Source: Nitrosomonas europaea (GTDB taxonomy: Bacteria > Pseudomonadota > Gammaproteobacteria > Burkholderiales > Nitrosomonadaceae). Taken from it: a DNA stretch of 32,000 bases. Shown here in pieces: positions 29,753-32,000 of the stretch. The stretch's first letter is position 1, and every line of letters begins with the position of its first letter. The notes beneath the pieces are model-generated. The model had not been told where the DNA came from. It made no database searches and worked only from the letters and a program-made list of their open reading frames with translations. The stretch lies in NCBI RefSeq assembly GCF_900167395.1, contig NZ_FUWK01000018.1, forward strand, positions 1 to 32,000, read 5' to 3'. Made by a program: the position numbers and the translations under genes.

Positions 29753-32000
29753 ATGAAACTCAGGTTCCTGATATTGTTTTTTTCGCTTTATTCGTTGGGT
29801 TGTATGGCGAATGATTCGCTCGTAGTCCGGGATATACGGGTGGAGGGAATCCAGCGTACCGAGGCCGGAACGGTATTCAGCTATTTGCCTGTGAAGGTTG
29901 GAGATGTACTCGACAGTAAAAAGGCCAGTGCAGCCATCAAGGCATTGTATGCCACGGGTTTTTTCAGTGATGTCAAACTGAAATCTGAAGGTGGGTTGCT
30001 GATTGTGCAGGTTCAGGAGCGTCCTGCAATTGCCCAAATCAGCATCAATGGTGCAAAAGAGTTCGATAAAGACAAGCTCAAAGAAGGTTTGAAACAGGCT
30101 GGTTTGTCGGAATCTCGCATTTTCAGCCGCTCGTTGCTGGAAAAAGCTGAACAGGAACTGAAACGCCAGTACATCAGTCGCGGTAAGTACGCGGTCAAAA
30201 TCACCACGACCACCACCCCGCTGGAGCGCAACCGTATCGGCATCAACTTCGATATCAAGGAAGGTAAGACTGCCCGCATCAAACAAATCAATATCGTTGG
30301 CAATCATGTTTTCCCCGAGGATGATCTGGTCGATCTGTTCAGTCTCAAAACACCGGGTTTTATGACCTGGTTTACCAAGGATGATCAGTATTCAAAGCAG
30401 AAATTATCGGCGGATCTCGAAACGTTGCGCTCCTACTATCTCGATCGGGGATATCTGGAGTTCAATATCGAATCCACGCAGGTTTCGATTACACCGGATA
30501 TGAAGGACATCTACATTACGGTCAATGTGACCGAAGGCCCTCAATATACGGTATCCGATATCAAACTTGCCGGTGAGTTACTCGTGCCGGAGGAAGAATT
30601 ACGTAAACTGATCAAACTTGAACCCGGTGGAATATTCGTACGCGAGAAACTGACCGAATCAATCAAGCTGATCAGTGACCGGCTGGGGAATGACGGTTAT
30701 GCATTTGCCAATGTCAATGCCTCACCTGAACTGGATAAGGAAACCCGGAAGACTGCATTTACTTTTTTCATCGATCCGGGGCGCCGGGTTTATGTCAGAC
30801 GTATCAATATCAGTGGTAACGAACGTACCCGTGATGAGGTGATCCGTCGTGAATTCCGGCAGATGGAAGGGGGATGGCATTCGACCGAGCAGATCAACCG
30901 TTCGAGGCAGCGAGTGGACAGGCTGGATTTCTTTACTGGCGTGAATATTGAAACCCCCCCGGTGGCAGATGTTCCGGATCAGGTGGATATCAACGTCAAT
31001 GTGGTTGAAAAACCGACCGGAGCAATCATGTTTGGTGCCGGTTATTCTGATCGCGAAGGGATCATTCTGAACGGATCGATTGCCCAGAACAATATTCTGG
31101 GAACGGGTAACTTTTTAAGTCTGCAGGTAAATACTGGTAGCGTTAACAAGGTCATCTCTGCTTCATTCAACAATCCCTACTATACAATCAACGGGGTAAG
31201 TCTCGGTCTGGAAGCATTCAAACGTGATATCAATACCCGTTCCTTGAGTAGCGTGGGGATGTTCAATACTGATACGACTGGTGCCAATATACGGTTTGGT
31301 ATTCCCGTTGCAGAGAATGATATCGTTTCATTAGGTTTGGGATATGAACACACTAAAATTGATTTGCGTGATGACAGTCCGCAACGATTCAAAGATTTCG
31401 TCGATCAATTCGGCAAGACTTCCAATAATCTTCCGATTACCCTGAGCTGGGCACGTGATCGCCGTAACAGTGCTATCTGGACGACATCCGGGATGACACA
31501 GCGGCTGTTCGGCGAATTCGGTTTGCCGTTTGGTGACCTGAATTATTACAAAGTCAGTTATGAGCAGCGATGGTTCTTTCCTGTCACAAAAATGTTCACT
31601 TTGATGCTGAATGGTGAAGTGGGCGTTGGGGACGGCTATTCCGACAAGCCACTCCCCTTTTTCAAGAATTTCTTTGCAGGCGGTTTCAACTCTGTCCGGG
31701 GATACAACATCAATACATTGGGGCCGCGTGACAGCGATGACCGGGTACTGGGTGGCAGCAAGCGTATCGTAGGGAATATCGAAGTATTGTTTCCGGTGCC
31801 ATTTATGAAGGAAGACAAATCGGTTCGTCTGAGTGCGTTTGCAGATGGAGGAACGATTGTCAATTCATTCTCCGGTCTGGGTTTTGATGATTTCCGCTAT
31901 TCCGCCGGACTGGCTGCAACCTGGATCTCACCCATGGGGCCGCTCAAATTCAGTGTTGCACAACCCCTCAATAATCAGTCGGGTGATAAGTTGCAGCGTT
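29753..32000 (+). CDS. bamA: Outer membrane protein assembly factor BamA, 5' part. The ORF runs off the right window edge.
   Basis: My own translation from ATG 29753: [51 protein letters not shown]..., followed by POTRA repeats ([16 protein letters not shown]; [12 protein letters not shown]; [21 protein letters not shown]). The frame stays open to nt 32000. It is absent from the ORF track, presumably because no stop lies in the window. Confidence 0.93.
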   Translation, partial: MKLRFLILFFSLYSLGCMANDSLVVRDIRVEGIQRTEAGTVFSYLPVKVGDVLDSKKASAAIKALYATGFFSDVKLKSEGGLLIVQVQERPAIAQISINGAKEFDKDKLKEGLKQAGLSESRIFSRSLLEKAEQELKRQYISRGKYAVKITTTTTPLERNRIGINFDIKEGKTARIKQINIVGNHVFPEDDLVDLFSLKTPGFMTWFTKDDQYSKQKLSADLETLRSYYLDRGYLEFNIESTQVSITPDMKDIYITVNVTEGPQYTVSDIKLAGELLVPEEELRKLIKLEPGGIFVREKLTESIKLISDRLGNDGYAFANVNASPELDKETRKTAFTFFIDPGRRVYVRRINISGNERTRDEVIRREFRQMEGGWHSTEQINRSRQRVDRLDFFTGVNIETPPVADVPDQVDINVNVVEKPTGAIMFGAGYSDREGIILNGSIAQNNILGTGNFLSLQVNTGSVNKVISASFNNPYYTINGVSLGLEAFKRDINTRSLSSVGMFNTDTTGANIRFGIPVAENDIVSLGLGYEHTKIDLRDDSPQRFKDFVDQFGKTSNNLPITLSWARDRRNSAIWTTSGMTQRLFGEFGLPFGDLNYYKVSYEQRWFFPVTKMFTLMLNGEVGVGDGYSDKPLPFFKNFFAGGFNSVRGYNINTLGPRDSDDRVLGGSKRIVGNIEVLFPVPFMKEDKSVRLSAFADGGTIVNSFSGLGFDDFRYSAGLAATWISPMGPLKFSVAQPLNNQSGDKLQR

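Noticed and set aside
29672-30307. A 211-aa minus-strand ORF across the rseP/bamA junction.
   Set aside because: Antisense shadow in register with bamA codons. bamA (POTRA repeats) and rseP explain the region.

Overview
This is a 32-kb chromosomal segment of roughly 50% GC (judged by eye). Gene content and order are typical of a betaproteobacterium, and the proteins look Nitrosomonas-like, but the taxon is inference only. The window is about 90% coding and mostly core housekeeping genes. Left part, mostly minus strand: a partial insertion sequence (IS982-like transposase C-terminus) abuts a NarL-type two-component pair whose response regulator stops right after its receiver domain. It is followed by a NitT/TauT-type ABC importer (Tat-signal binding protein, permease, ATPase), pyrE, clpA-clpS, a divergent csp gene, icd, scpB-scpA, trpS (Cys4-motif type), an M50 peptidase, yciO and trpH. 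Middle: an accessory-looking block of nnrS, a small lipoprotein, a Fur-family (Zur-like) regulator, a TonB-dependent receptor carrying a 13x His-Asp tract encoded by a perfect hexanucleotide microsatellite, a lipoprotein cytochrome c, and fnr. Right part: the conserved rpsB-tsf-pyrH-frr-uppS-cdsA-dxr-rseP-bamA cluster, with bamA running off the window. I found no rRNA, tRNA, CRISPR array, prophage or recognisable defence genes. I do not see a clear new multi-gene system. The best candidates for follow-up are: (1) the Zur-like regulator, its duplicated palindromic operator and the His-Asp-repeat receptor; (2) the IS-truncated two-component system next to an ABC importer of unknown substrate with a Tat-exported binding protein; (3) the rpsB leader, which has a promoter followed by a terminator-like hairpin; (4) the Cys4 TrpRS.
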